Shown piece by piece: positions 42,208-54,900 of a DNA stretch of 64,000 nucleotides (position 1 is the stretch's first letter; each line of letters opens with the position of its first letter). The position numbers were made by a program, and so were the translations under genes. The notes under the pieces are model-generated. The model made no database searches, was not told where the DNA came from, and worked only from the letters and a program-made list of their open reading frames with translations. The stretch lies in the NCBI GenBank assembly GCA_963674705.1, contig OY771506.1, forward strand, positions 5,152,001-5,216,000, in the 5' to 3' direction. Source of the DNA: Phycisphaeraceae bacterium (GTDB lineage: Bacteria > Planctomycetota > Phycisphaerae > Phycisphaerales > Phycisphaeraceae).

Positions 42208-43248
42208 ATGAACTCGCTCACTCCGATGCTGACACTTGCTGATATCGGGACCGTCATTGTTTCCGTCATCGCCATTTTTGCCGTACTGATCGCCCTGATC
42301 GTGATCGGCTTCCTGATGCGTTTCCTGGGACTGTGGTTCCAGGCGAAACTGTCCAGCGCATCGGTCTCGATGATGTCGCTGGTGGGGATGTGGTTCAGGA
42401 AGGTCAACCCGCGTGTGATCGTGCTCTCGCGCATCCAGGCGGTGAAGGCCGGGTTGCACATCTCCTCCGACCAACTTGAAACACACTACCTCGCCCGTGG
42501 TAACGTGCCGCGCGTCGTCAACGCGTTGATCGCCGCCGACCGCGCGAAGATCGACCTTGCGTGGGACACCGCCTGTGCGATCGACCTCGCCGGCCGCGAC
42601 ATCCTCGACGCCGTGCAGACCTCCGTTAACCCGAAGGTCATCGACTGCCCGCATGCAGGCGGCGGCCGCAACACCATCGACGCCGTGGCGCAAGACGGCA
42701 TCCAGTTGCGTGCACGTGCACGTGTCACCGTCCGCGCCAACCTCGCCCGCTTGATCGGTGGTGCAACAGAAGAAACCATCATCGCGCGTGTCGGCGAAGG
42801 CATCGTCACGACAATCGGTTCGTCTTCATCGCACAAGGCTGTGCTCGAGAACCCGGATAAGATTTCAAAGGTCGTGCTGGCTAAGGGACTGGATGCAGGC
42901 ACCGCGTTTGAAATCCTTTCGATCGATATCGCCGACATCGATGTGGGCGACAACATCGGCGCGAAGTTGCAGAGCGATCAGGCCGAAGCAGACAAGCACC
43001 GCTTCCAGGCCGAAGCAGAGAAGCGTCGCGCGATGGCGGTTGCACAGGAACAGGAATACCGCGCGGAAGTCTCGAAGAACCGCGCGCTGGTCGTGCTGGC
43101 CGAGGCCGAAGTGCCCAAGGCAATGGCCGAAGCGTTCCGCAATGGGAACCTCGGGATCATGGACTACTACCGGATGAAGAACATCCAGGCCGACACCTCG
43201 ATGCGCGACAGCATCGCCGGCCCGGGCGCTGAGAAGCCGAACGAGTAG
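42208..43248 (+). CDS. floA: Flotillin-like protein FloA (YqfA)
   Basis: [47 protein letters not shown]. Confidence 0.92.
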   Translation: MNSLTPMLTLADIGTVIVSVIAIFAVLIALIVIGFLMRFLGLWFQAKLSSASVSMMSLVGMWFRKVNPRVIVLSRIQAVKAGLHISSDQLETHYLARGNVPRVVNALIAADRAKIDLAWDTACAIDLAGRDILDAVQTSVNPKVIDCPHAGGGRNTIDAVAQDGIQLRARARVTVRANLARLIGGATEETIIARVGEGIVTTIGSSSSHKAVLENPDKISKVVLAKGLDAGTAFEILSIDIADIDVGDNIGAKLQSDQAEADKHRFQAEAEKRRAMAVAQEQEYRAEVSKNRALVVLAEAEVPKAMAEAFRNGNLGIMDYYRMKNIQADTSMRDSIAGPGAEKPNE

Positions 43249-43383
43249 GTCCATCGTGTGTGATTAGTGGGTAGTGAATAGTGCTTTGTGGTTGCACTGC
43301 GCTGAAAGTACCCGCGGCGTCAAATCTGCCATCTTCAGACTTGCAGTTATCCACCATTATTGGTGCGCGCGGTATTGTCGTGT

Positions 43384-44544
43384 TTACGGGCTGTGCGCAT
43401 GTTCGCGGAGCCTCGGGCTGAACGCCCACAGCGCATCGGGCGCGACCTGGTCCAGACCCAGCACGCGCACAATCGCGCGATGCAGTTGATCCACGCCACG
43501 ACCGGTTTGTGCGCTGATCGTCAACGCGCCGCCCCACTTGGAATCATCAGCTTCTTCATCAATCTTGTTGACCACGCGCAGGTCAGGCTCGCGCGGCAAT
43601 ACCCCCCGCTCCGGCCAGTCGGTAACCGGATCGCGCATCGCGATCAACACCTTCGCACTTGCGATCACCTCACGCGCAATCACGATCGCGCGCTGTTCGA
43701 TGTTGTCATCGCTGTCGCGCAGGCCGGGCGTGTCCATCCAACGGACGGAGATGATGGGGCTTGGGGATTGGGAGTTGGGGATTAGGGCAGAAGTTGAAGG
43801 TGCAACACCATTGGCGTTGAGTTCATTGTTTGTTCGTGCATTCGAGCATTCGTCATTCGCACATTCAGTTTCATCCCCAATCCCTAATCCCCAACCCCCA
43901 ATCCCAACCACCCCGCCCACCCAGTCGCGCGTTGTGCCGGGCAAGTCCGCAACAAGACTGACTGTTCGGCCCATCAAGCGGTTCGTTAATGTGCTCTTGC
44001 CGACGTTGGGTTTGCCGACGACGACAACGGTCGGCGGATCGATCAACTGATCGAGGATGGTTGAATCACGTTTAAGTTGGTCGCGATCGATTCGATCGAC
44101 GTTCTGTAATACTTGCTCCCAGATTTTGGATTGCGCAAGCAGGCGATCGATCGCTGCAGGGCTTGCGGCCTGTGAGATCGCGTAAAGCGCTTCGGCTTCG
44201 GTTTGCGATTCGGCTTCGGGATAGAGCGTTAGCGGATCGGGTTGTTGATCGACTTGAACACCCAGCGATGCGAGTTTCTGCAGGATTAACTGTACGACGC
44301 GCGGTCCGCCGTGCGGCATAAGTTGCGCTAAACCGCTGTCACCATCACGGATCAACACGGCAAGACCACGATCAACACCAGCGATATCCGCAAGCAATAT
44401 CCGGCCGACCCGCCACTGCGTTTGGCCGGTTATCTGCTGTAAAACAGCTAAAACATCTCTTCCATGCAGTTGCAGCACAGCAACCGCACCGCTGCGTGTA
44501 GCGGTCAAAAGATTGACGTGTGTAGCGGCTTGCCTGATCGTCAC
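43384..44544 (-). CDS. Truncated MnmE-like GTPase with in-frame repeat insertion
   Basis: [10 protein letters not shown] and PHGG N-domain; G1 GKPNVGKS, G2 GTTRD, G3 DTPG, G4 NKID; no C-terminal FCIGK; GTG start overlapping the upstream stop. Confidence 0.8.
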   Translation of the reverse strand: MTIRQAATHVNLLTATRSGAVAVLQLHGRDVLAVLQQITGQTQWRVGRILLADIAGVDRGLAVLIRDGDSGLAQLMPHGGPRVVQLILQKLASLGVQVDQQPDPLTLYPEAESQTEAEALYAISQAASPAAIDRLLAQSKIWEQVLQNVDRIDRDQLKRDSTILDQLIDPPTVVVVGKPNVGKSTLTNRLMGRTVSLVADLPGTTRDWVGGVVGIGGWGLGIGDETECANDECSNARTNNELNANGVAPSTSALIPNSQSPSPIISVRWMDTPGLRDSDDNIEQRAIVIAREVIASAKVLIAMRDPVTDWPERGVLPREPDLRVVNKIDEEADDSKWGGALTISAQTGRGVDQLHRAIVRVLGLDQVAPDALWAFSPRLREHAHSP

Positions 44545-45011
44545 GGCCCATTCTGCGCAAAGTCCGGCGGCGACTGCTGCATCGGCATGCCGGACGGGAA
44601 GTTCGCACACTGGATCGCAAGCGACGCGACCGCGGGCAGCACCATCGGGAACACCTGCCCGCCGAGCATCACCATCACCAGCGAAACGAATGACGCGGTT
44701 TCAAGCAGCGCAAGCAGGATGAGGTTACCCATGAAGAACCCGGCCGGTGTCACGGCATGCCCCTGCCAGTGCCGTTTGTACGCCTGGTTGCGAGCGAAGT
44801 AACCGATCCCCACCGCGCCGATCAACACACCGATCGCGATCGCAAGCATCTGAATCTGCAACTGGTTCTGCTGCCCCGCTTCCATATTCAACACACGCAG
44901 GATCGCGACGAAACCGAACGCCACCTGCCCCATTACCAGGCCAAACCAGATGATCCGCACCATCATCAGCGTCCCGCGTCGGTCAGCATCGGTGTAAGTT
45001 TGCTCGTTCAT
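44541..45011 (-). CDS. Hypothetical 4-TM membrane protein
   Basis: Hydrophobic 156-aa ORF, GTGA-coupled to the GTPase. Confidence 0.7.
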   Translation of the reverse strand: MNEQTYTDADRRGTLMMVRIIWFGLVMGQVAFGFVAILRVLNMEAGQQNQLQIQMLAIAIGVLIGAVGIGYFARNQAYKRHWQGHAVTPAGFFMGNLILLALLETASFVSLVMVMLGGQVFPMVLPAVASLAIQCANFPSGMPMQQSPPDFAQNGP

Positions 45012-45055
45012 GGCATGTGATGGTAGAGGGTTGGTGTTGGAAGTTCAAAGGGATT

Positions 45056-45207
45056 GGGTGGGGTGTAGCGATGCAATCGCTAATGTCTAATCGTTAATCG
45101 CTAATATCTAAACCCCCAACGCCGGCTCTGAGCAAAGCGAAGGGCCGGGCCTCTTCGGGTGTAGGGTGTAGAGATTTTGAATCGCTAACGGCTAACGGCT
45201 AACGGCT
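45056..45207. repeat. Composite repeat cluster
   Basis: GTGTAG, (GCTAATC)-type heptamers, 36-nt hairpin at 45116, GTGTAGG, (GCTAACG)x3. Confidence 0.85.
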
Positions 45208-45383
45208 CTACGCGGTTCGGTTTTGAATACATATTCAACAAAAACGTGTAATTATGCGTGAATTTCCGGCATGCGGGCATTAGAATAGGGCACATACTAC
45301 TCGGGGGGCTATTCCCGAGGCGATGGGGTGAAGCCGGGGATTCCGGCTGGACTATATTTATACTTTTATAAGAGAGACATGCT

Positions 45384-48300
45384 GTGCAACAGAAAAATCG
45401 ATCGTACACTGTCCGTACGCACTCACTGAATCCGGGGCTTCGATTTAAAACGATACGGTTGATTGCGGCGCTCGGGGTTGCCGCGGGTGCGGGGGTGCTG
45501 CCGGGGTTTGATGCGTCGGCTGTTGAGGCGAGCATTATCCCGTCGGGTGATGTCAGCCCCAGCTATGGGAGTGCTGATCCCTGGAATATCACCAGTAGCT
45601 ACCTTGATGTCGGCAATACCGGCACAGGTTCGCTTGTGATCAACAACGCAAGCATCATCAACAGCTACATCGGGCGCGTCGGGTACAAAGCGGGGTCCAA
45701 CGGCACGGTCAGCATCAGTGATCCGGGCTCGCAATGGAATAATCAATACAACCTGGTTGTCGGCGATGAAGGTGTTGGCGAACTGACCATCAGCAACGGT
45801 GCGTATGCTGCCAACACGATGGGTGATATCGGTGCTTCCGTGGGTGGCAGCGGGACCGTCACCGTGACCGGGACCAATTCGACATGGAACAACACCAGCA
45901 CGCTGTACGTCTCGCGCCGTGGTGAAGCCGAGTTGACAATCGAATCCGGCGCGTCGGTTAACAATACCTCGTGCTACATCGGCTACTACTCGGAGGGCAG
46001 CGGCACGGTCACGGTCCAGGGCAATGGCAGCGCGACCCATTGGAATAACGATGGCAACCTGACCGTAGGCCGAGCGGGCTCGGGCGAGATGAATATCCTA
46101 AGCCGGGGCATGGTTTACAACCGCACCGGTATTGTCGGCGATCTGGCGGGATCGAGCGGGACGGTTGTGGTCGGCGGGACGGACACGTTCTGGATCAATG
46201 ATTATGCGTTGACGGTGGGCCAGGCCGGCAGCGGTACGGTGCAGGCATCAGCAGGTGCAGCGATCTACAGCAACGGCGCTTACCTTGGCGCGGAGGCAGG
46301 TTCGGATGGCACGGTCATCATCGGCAATGGCGCGATATGGAATAACACCGGGTCTTTAACGATCGGCACGGCGGGAACGGGCCTGCTGGACTACGGCAAC
46401 GGCGGCACCGTCAACGTCACGCAGGACACGATCGTCGATGAAAACGGCGAAGGCAACGGCACGATTGAATTCAACAGCGGCGTGCTGAATACCGGCGGAT
46501 TGCGGGCATCCTCAAGCGATCTATTGGGGATCGGGACCATCAACACGGGTTCGATCGTCAGTGATATCGACCTTGTATTCGATGCTGGCTCGGGACTTCA
46601 GCGGGATATCGTATTGAACAGCCTGCCCGGCCAGGATGTCACGATCCATATTGATGCTTCGGGCAACACCGGCGAAATGGGCGCGGGCTACAAGGGAACG
46701 GGGACGCTGGCGATCCGGGATGGTTTGAGCGTTTCTTCGACCACGGGATATCTCGGTTACTTCGCGAGCGCGGACGGCACGGCGACGGTCAGCGGCGGCG
46801 GTTCGACGTGGGACAACAGCGGCGACCTGTACGTCGGCCGAGCGGGCAGCGGCACGCTTGTTGTCGAGGACGGCGGGACCGTCATCAATACGACGGCTTA
46901 CCTGGACTCGACCTCCGGGTTAACAAGCACGGCGACGGTTACGGGGGCGAACTCGTTGTGGCAGAGTTACGGTGAGTTGTACATCGGGCAGGAAGGGACG
47001 GGCACGCTGACGATCGCCAACGGCGGGACGGTGGAAGTGGCTTACAACACGGTTGCGGGCCGGTATGAATACGGCACGGGCGTGATTCACTTCGATCAAG
47101 GCACGTTGAACACGGGCGGACTGCTTGCTTCGCCGGAAGAGTTAACGGGCGTCGGGACGATCAACAGCTCGGGATTGGTCAGCGATGTGAATCTGCGTTT
47201 TGATGCGAGTACGGGTTATCAATCGCAGGTAGTGCTGGACAGTCTGCCGGGCCAGAACATTACTATTAATGTGGATGCGAGCGGATTGACCGATGGGATT
47301 CTGTTGGGCGCCGGTTGTCGTGACTCGGGCACGTTGTCGATCGCCGACGGGATCGACGCTTCATCGGCTTACGGGATTCTCGGTTACTACGCCGGTTCCA
47401 ACGGGACGGCTAACATCAGCGGCAACGGTACTGGCTGGAGCATCAGCGAGGACATGTTTGTCGGGCTGTTCGGGACGGGCACGCTGAACATTTCGGGCGG
47501 CGCGAGCGTCAGCAATTACTACGGCATCATCGGTTCGGAAGTCGGATCGTTCGGAACGGTGACGGTCCACGGCGCATCTTCATCATGGGACAGCAGCGGC
47601 GATCTGCTTGTGGGTTTATCCGGGACGGGCACGCTGAACATCGTGGACGGGGCCTCGGTAAGCAGTGGTTCGAGCTTAATCGGCGCAACAACAGGATCGG
47701 TCGGCACGGTCAACGTGCGGGGCGCGGGATCGATCTGGGACAGCAGTATTGTGCTATCGGTAGGCAGTTACGGGATGGGCGTCGTTCAGATCAGTGACGG
47801 CGGTACGGTCATGGCAGACTTCGGGCAGATCGGGTCGGAGGTGGAATCGATCGGCGTGGTGACCGTTCAAGGTGCCGGCAGTTCATTAGACCTGGCAAAC
47901 ATGCTTACCGTCGGCGGCAACGGGGCGGGCTCGCTTATCATCAATAGTGGTGGTGAGGTCAGCAACAGTACGGCGTTTGTAGGACAGGCCGTGGGATCGA
48001 GCGGTACGGTCAGCATCTCCGGCGAAGGGTCCACGTGGACCAGTTCACAATCTATCTATGTCGGGCTCTATGGCGTCGGTACGCTGAACATCCAGAACGG
48101 CGGGACCGTCAGTGTGATTGACGGGCTTACCATCGGTCAGCGGGCCAGCAGTATCGGTACGGTGAATCTTGCTGACGGTTTACTCGATCTTAATGGGAGC
48201 GATATCCAAGCAGGCGCGGGTGTTGCGACGTTCAACTTCCATGGCGGCACGCTCAAGAACGCGGCAACGATCGACCTGGGCGAAGCGCTGGAGCAAAGCG

Positions 48301-48899
48301 GCGGAACGCTAGCGCCGGGCGGTTCGGTCGGGCAGACGGATATCGTGGGTGGTTATATCTTGAATGGCGGCGCAGTCGAGATCGAAGTCGGCGGCGACGG
48401 TAACACGCACGATGTTGTGAATGTGAGCGGCGGCGATGTTGTGATCGCTGACATCGGCACGACGCTTGAGCTGTTGCCATTAGGTTCGATGGCGGCCGGG
48501 ACGTATACGCTGATTGAAACGGATCAGGTATTGACGGGGATGTTTGAGAGCGTGACGGGCATCGGCGCGTTCGATGGGATGGTCGATGTGCTGTACGGCA
48601 GCAACGCGGTGCAACTGGTATTGAATTGGGATTATGTTTATGGCGACATCGACGGCGACGGGTTTGTCGGTCTGGCGGACCTGGATGTCGTACTGAGTCA
48701 GTGGAACCAGGAAGTGACGCCGGGCGATTTAGCGGCGGGCGATTATTCAGGCGATGGGTTTATCGGTTTGGATGATCTGGATGTTGTATTAAGCAACTGG
48801 AATCAGGGGACGCCGCCGATGGATGTTGTTGTGCCGGAGCCGGGGAGTGTGGTGGTGTTGGCCGGTGGGCTGTTGGGTGTGATGCGTCGGAAGCGATAG
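45384..48899 (+). CDS. Large surface protein with T5SS/PEP-CTERM-associated beta-strand repeats, dockerin-like module and PEP-CTERM
   Basis: Many W.....L.VG..G.G.L.I..GG.V repeats; GDIDGDGFVGLADLD x2; VPEPGS..LLGVMRRKR. Confidence 0.9.
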   Translation: MQQKNRSYTVRTHSLNPGLRFKTIRLIAALGVAAGAGVLPGFDASAVEASIIPSGDVSPSYGSADPWNITSSYLDVGNTGTGSLVINNASIINSYIGRVGYKAGSNGTVSISDPGSQWNNQYNLVVGDEGVGELTISNGAYAANTMGDIGASVGGSGTVTVTGTNSTWNNTSTLYVSRRGEAELTIESGASVNNTSCYIGYYSEGSGTVTVQGNGSATHWNNDGNLTVGRAGSGEMNILSRGMVYNRTGIVGDLAGSSGTVVVGGTDTFWINDYALTVGQAGSGTVQASAGAAIYSNGAYLGAEAGSDGTVIIGNGAIWNNTGSLTIGTAGTGLLDYGNGGTVNVTQDTIVDENGEGNGTIEFNSGVLNTGGLRASSSDLLGIGTINTGSIVSDIDLVFDAGSGLQRDIVLNSLPGQDVTIHIDASGNTGEMGAGYKGTGTLAIRDGLSVSSTTGYLGYFASADGTATVSGGGSTWDNSGDLYVGRAGSGTLVVEDGGTVINTTAYLDSTSGLTSTATVTGANSLWQSYGELYIGQEGTGTLTIANGGTVEVAYNTVAGRYEYGTGVIHFDQGTLNTGGLLASPEELTGVGTINSSGLVSDVNLRFDASTGYQSQVVLDSLPGQNITINVDASGLTDGILLGAGCRDSGTLSIADGIDASSAYGILGYYAGSNGTANISGNGTGWSISEDMFVGLFGTGTLNISGGASVSNYYGIIGSEVGSFGTVTVHGASSSWDSSGDLLVGLSGTGTLNIVDGASVSSGSSLIGATTGSVGTVNVRGAGSIWDSSIVLSVGSYGMGVVQISDGGTVMADFGQIGSEVESIGVVTVQGAGSSLDLANMLTVGGNGAGSLIINSGGEVSNSTAFVGQAVGSSGTVSISGEGSTWTSSQSIYVGLYGVGTLNIQNGGTVSVIDGLTIGQRASSIGTVNLADGLLDLNGSDIQAGAGVATFNFHGGTLKNAATIDLGEALEQSGGTLAPGGSVGQTDIVGGYILNGGAVEIEVGGDGNTHDVVNVSGGDVVIADIGTTLELLPLGSMAAGTYTLIETDQVLTGMFESVTGIGAFDGMVDVLYGSNAVQLVLNWDYVYGDIDGDGFVGLADLDVVLSQWNQEVTPGDLAAGDYSGDGFIGLDDLDVVLSNWNQGTPPMDVVVPEPGSVVVLAGGLLGVMRRKR

Positions 48900-48932
48900 T
48901 GTTGTTCCGTGCGAATATCGTGGGTGTGTTTA

Positions 48933-49133
48933 CCCCCTCTGCTCCTGGGAGAGGGCCGGGGTGAGGGCCGTTGCGCTTTGCGCGATCAGAATGACATAAG
49001 TACACACAATCAATCCGGCCCTCATCCTAACCTTCTCCCTGGGTGAGAAGGTACCGGAAATAATAAAGCCGGGGCCATTGGTCGCGCGGTATTTGTTTGC
49101 ATGTGCGGAAGAGCGCGACCGATGGTCGCGGCT
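48933..49133. repeat. Two REP-like inverted doublets
   Basis: CCCCCTCT..GGGGTGAGGG / CCCTCATCC..GAGAAGG; AGCCGGGGCCATTGGTCGCGC / GCGCGACCGATGGTCGCGGCT. Confidence 0.75.
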
Positions 49134-49198
49134 TTACACTTGTAGATCGGAATGCATGGATTACTGAAGCAACCACGCCGGATGGCGAAGCGGTTTGA

Positions 49199-49981
49199 TC
49201 AGTTGTCGGTTTTGCTTTGTTCTTCGGTGGCGATGCGGAGGGTGGTGTAGAGGCCGATCATGGTGAGGTTGGGGACGATGCGGTCGATGAGTTCGTAATC
49301 GCGGAACAGCAGGTTGCCGTCGCCGCCGGTGACGACGATGATGGGAAAGGAGCCGATGCGTTCGGCGTATTGTTCGACCAGTTCGCGGACCATACCGCGC
49401 AGGCCGTAATAGACGCCGGAGCGCATGGCTTCGATGGTGTTGTGGCCGATAGCTTCGATTGGTTTTTTCAGTTCGGTTTCGGGCAACAGGTCGGTGCGTT
49501 CGAACAGCGCATCGAGTTGGAGCTGCGCGCCGGCGGCGATGGCTCCGCCATGGAACGTGCCTGCGCCATCGACAAAGTCGACGGTGATGGCGGTGCCGGC
49601 GTCAACGACGACGCAAGCCTGTTTGAGGATGTCGTAAGCGGCGGCTGCGTTGAGCAGGCGGTCTTCGCCGACCTTGGTCTCGTCGTCGACCTGTCGGCCG
49701 ATCGGGATGATAAAGTCGCGTTCGACGCGCTTGGGTGTGATGCCGACGCGTTCGATGATGAGTCGTTCGACGACTTCCGCAGCCGGTTTGTTGACCGAGG
49801 ACATCAGGACGCCGGCGTCCAGTCGGTCTTTGATGAGAGCGTAAGCGTGTTCGATCGCTTCGCCGATGGAGTCGTGCCGATCGTTACGGAACGTGGCACA
49901 TTCCTGAAGTTCCCCGTTGATGAACGCACCGATGCGCGTGCGTGTATTCCCGACACTGACGCCGAGCATGTTCATATTCAT
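49199..49981 (-). CDS. coaX: Type III pantothenate kinase
   Basis: VGNTRT, SSVN, GEDR, VDAGTAITVD, GGAI, TGGDG. Confidence 0.92.
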   Translation of the reverse strand: MNMNMLGVSVGNTRTRIGAFINGELQECATFRNDRHDSIGEAIEHAYALIKDRLDAGVLMSSVNKPAAEVVERLIIERVGITPKRVERDFIIPIGRQVDDETKVGEDRLLNAAAAYDILKQACVVVDAGTAITVDFVDGAGTFHGGAIAAGAQLQLDALFERTDLLPETELKKPIEAIGHNTIEAMRSGVYYGLRGMVRELVEQYAERIGSFPIIVVTGGDGNLLFRDYELIDRIVPNLTMIGLYTTLRIATEEQSKTDN

Positions 49982-50014
49982 GCTTTCTACCTCACGTTAG
50001 ATCGGACCGGACCT

Positions 50015-51237
<1,223 letters not shown>

Positions 51238-51250
51238 CCCTCCCCCATAG

Positions 51251-51279
51251 AAAAACGGACGCTCAAGTTTGAGCGTCCG
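51251..51279 (-). terminator. Terminator of rpmA
   Basis: CGGACGCTCA/TGAGCGTCCG stem + T5 on the minus strand. Confidence 0.8.
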
Positions 51280-51308
51280 CTTGAGTATTTCAACGTAGGA
51301 ATCGCTCT

Positions 51309-51554
51309 TTAAGCCTCGGCGGGTCGGATATTGACCTTGCGGCCCTGGAACTCGACGACGCCTTCAGCCATGGCGAAGAGCGTATCGTCGTTACCACGGC
51401 CGACCTGGTAGCCGGGCTTGAAGTGCGTACCGCACTGGCGGACGATGATCGAGCCGGCCTTGGCTTTCTGGCCGCCGTAGAGCTTGATACCGCGGAACTG
51501 GGCGTTGGAGTCGCGACCGTTCTTGGTCGAGCCTTGTCCTTTTTTATGAGCCAT
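51309..51554 (-). CDS. rpmA: 50S ribosomal protein L27
   Basis: [16 protein letters not shown]. Confidence 0.97.
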   Translation of the reverse strand: MAHKKGQGSTKNGRDSNAQFRGIKLYGGQKAKAGSIIVRQCGTHFKPGYQVGRGNDDTLFAMAEGVVEFQGRKVNIRPAEA

Positions 51555-51983
51555 CACTCACCTCATCGTTTTGGGGTGTCTTGGTTGATCGGTTCACAGC
51601 GTCGGGAGCAGCCCGGTGCGCTGGGTAGAGCCTCGCATTATAGACAATCAAACGCCACTGGCAAACCCTCCGGTCCGTGAGCGCCTAGCGGATCGTCGGG
51701 GGCTTGTCCAGCGGATGTGCAGAAAAATGGTAACTATAGATCGGACCCACCTTACCTATACTGACAGGCCCATTGGGGGACCTTATCGGACAGAATAAAA
51801 GAGTCCAAGGCGAGGGGGGCAAGATACTTGCAGGCGGGGTCGCCACCCTTTACACTTCCGGGTCGGTGGGAACCATACCGTATCCGGCCGGCGTCCAGAA
51901 GTCGCCCGCCATGCACCCCGCGTTCCCGCTTCCTGATGCAGCGCTAGTTTGGCGCAAGATGTAATTACTTGGGAGGCTCCGCT

Positions 51984-54900
51984 TTGTTCACCCGTCATTA
52001 TCTTGCTGTAGCTGTGGTGGTCTGTGGTCTGGCTGCGGGTCTGCCCGCCCTGCTCGCCGATGAGGGAGAACCGACCGCTTCAGAACTCTACGAACAGGGA
52101 ATACTTCTTTACGAAGGTGGTCAGTTAGAAGCCGCAAGAGATGTATTCCATCGCGTCGATGCGATGCAGCTTCCCAAAGACGCGCGGCTGAAGTTCTACG
52201 ACGCGCTCAAGAGCATCGACATGGCTCTCGGCGCCGCACCGCAGGATGCTACTGAAGCAGAAGCCGCCGAAACCAAGGTCGAATCAAACGTCGCTGAATC
52301 GGCGGAAGAAGTTGCCGCGACCGAACCTGTCGAAGCCAAGCCCGTCGCTGCTGAACCGATCGAAGACATCAAGCACCCGACACAGCTTCTGTGGGAAGCG
52401 GACATGGCGATGTCTGACAACCCGGCCCAGGCCGCGGTGCTTTACCAGGCCGTGATTGATGATTCACGCAGCGATGCGTTGACCGTCTCGCAGGCCAAGG
52501 CCCGCATCAAGCAGGCCCAGCGTCTGGCGACGCCGAACATCGAAGCCGCCCGCACGCATCTGGATCAGGCGGAAGCCGCGGTCAAGGCCAAGAAGTATGC
52601 CGAAGCAAAATCACTGGTGAACATGATTCAAGCCAGCGATGTCGAGCTTGGCTGGCGTGAAGCGGCCCGTCTGGATCGCCTGGCTGCCACGATCGAAAAG
52701 AACGCCGACAAGATTCAGCCCGCCCCCCGCGCAGAAGCGGTGACTGAAGAGAAGGATCTGGCCTCCGTGCCGGTCGCGACAGTGGTGGATGCAACCGAAG
52801 ATGTCGCACCCCCGGCCGAAGAAAAGATGGCTGAAGCCGAAACCGAATCGCAGATGCCGTCGGACGACCTGCTGCGTCAGGTGCGCTTAGGCTACGCCCA
52901 GCAGAAGGCTGTCGAAGCCGACAAGGCCCAGACGGAAGGTCAGCTGCGTCTGGCGATCGACCTGTACAAGCAGGCGATGGAACTGGACCCGGAAAACAAG
53001 ACCTATCAGCAGAAGCACGCCAGCGCGGTAGCGCTACAGAACAAGAGCCTGGTGCCGCAGGGTCTGGTTGAAGACATCCGTCATCGTGACATGATCAAGG
53101 CCCAGGAAGTCAAGGCCGAGTTCGAGGCCTCGATGAATCTGGCGCGTAGCCGTATGGCTGAGAAGAACTTCGCCGCGGCGTTTGATGCCGCCGCCGACGC
53201 GAAGGTGATCCTGGACCGCAACCAGCGGTTCCTGGCCCCCACCGAGTACAGCAGCCTGCGTAGCGATGCCGAATCGCTGAGCGCCCAGATCGAATCCGCC
53301 CGCGCTTCGGCTACCACCGATGCGATCAAGGCTCAGGAAGATGAGCAGGCGAAGAAAGAAGAGCAGGCCCGTATCGAAGCTCAGGCGAAGAAGGACAAGG
53401 AAATCCAGTCGCTGCTCAAGCGTGCCCTGGAACTACAGCGTGACATGAAGTACGACCAGGCCTTGGACCTGCTGGATCAGGCCCTGTTCCTGGACCCCAA
53501 CGATGTGGCCGTCAACGCGATCAAGGAAATGATCGAAGAGACGCAGATCATTACGCATGCCCGTGATGTGTATCGTCGCCGTGACCTGGGCATCGCACGC
53601 CAGAGCGTCATCAATGACGAAGCATCAATCCCGTACGAAGAAATCCTGACCTACCCGGCCGACTGGCCCCAGATCACCTACACCCGCCTGTCCGACCTGG
53701 ACAGCTCCGGCGGTGAGTCCGAAGCGGACCGTCAGGTCTCCGCCAGCCTCAAGAACCCGGTGCCGATCAACTTCGAAGCCAACCGGCTGGCCAACGTCAT
53801 TGACTACCTGCGTAACACCACCGGTGTGAACTTCTTCGTGAACTGGCCGGTGCTCGAACAGGCCGGCGTCGATCAGGACACCCTGATCTCCCTGCGTTTG
53901 AACAACGTCCCGGCCGAGCAGGCCCTGCGTCTGGTCCTCCAGCAGATCGGCAGCGAGTTCGATCCGATCGGCTTCTCGATCATCGAAGGCGTGGTCAACA
54001 TCTCGACCGTCCGTGACCTGGCACGCACCACCGACACACGCGTCTATGACATCCGCGACCTGCTCGTGCAGGTGCCGAACTTTACCAACGCCCCTCGCTT
54101 CGACCTGTCTGAAGCTCTGAACAGCTCCGGCGGCGGCGGTGGTGGCGGTGGCGGCGGCGGTGGCGGCGGCGGTGGCGGCGGCCAAGGCATCTTCGGCGAT
54201 ACCAATGAAGATGAAGAAAATGCCGCCCCGACACGTGAAGAGTTGATCACACAGATCACCACCCTCATCACCGAAACCGTCGGCGACTACAACGAGTGGT
54301 CCATCAACGGCGGCGACGTCTCCAGCCTCGACGAACTCAACGGCAACCTCGTCGTTAAGACCACCCCGGACAACCACCGCAACATCGTCGGGCTGCTCGC
54401 CCAGTTGCGAGAGATCCGTTCCGGTCAGATCTCCGTCGAAGCACGCTTCCTGCTTGTAGATGAGAGCTTCCTTGAAGAGACCGGTTTCGACTTTGACTTC
54501 CAGATCAACGACATCGGTTCGAGCTTCGGCCCGATCCGCTTCGCTCAGGACAGTGTCTCCCTCGCAGATGCCCCGACGACATCCGTCGGATCAAGCCCCT
54601 TCTCGACCATTCAATCGGGCGCAACCGGTCCGGGCACCTTTGTCCCCGGCCTCGGCTTCCAGCCGTCCACCGGGCGGGCCATGGACTTCAGCGTTTCGTT
54701 CCTGGAAGACATTGAGGTCAACCTGTTGGTCAAGTCCACACAAGCGAACCAGCGCTCTCTGACGCTGACCGCCCCGCGTGTGACGATCTCCAACGGCCAG
54801 CGAGCCTACGTCGCGGTCGCGACCCAGCGTTCGTTCATCAGCGACCTCGAACCCGTGCCTGACGCCGCAGGCTTCGACGCCACCCTCAGCTACTTCCAGA

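Noticed and set aside
43384..44544. Assigning the gene symbol mnmE
   Set aside because: The helical domain is much shortened and the C-terminal FCIGK motif is absent, so it is probably a paralogue.
41000..46000. Apparent switch from C-rich to G-rich plus strand suggesting oriC
   Set aside because: The skew is patchy (the secretin gene is C-rich again), there is no dnaA and no convincing DnaA-box cluster; a computed cumulative skew is needed.
51560..51980. ncRNA or small ORFs in the rpmA-secretin intergenic region
   Set aside because: No recognisable RNA family or coding signal; consistent with divergent promoters.
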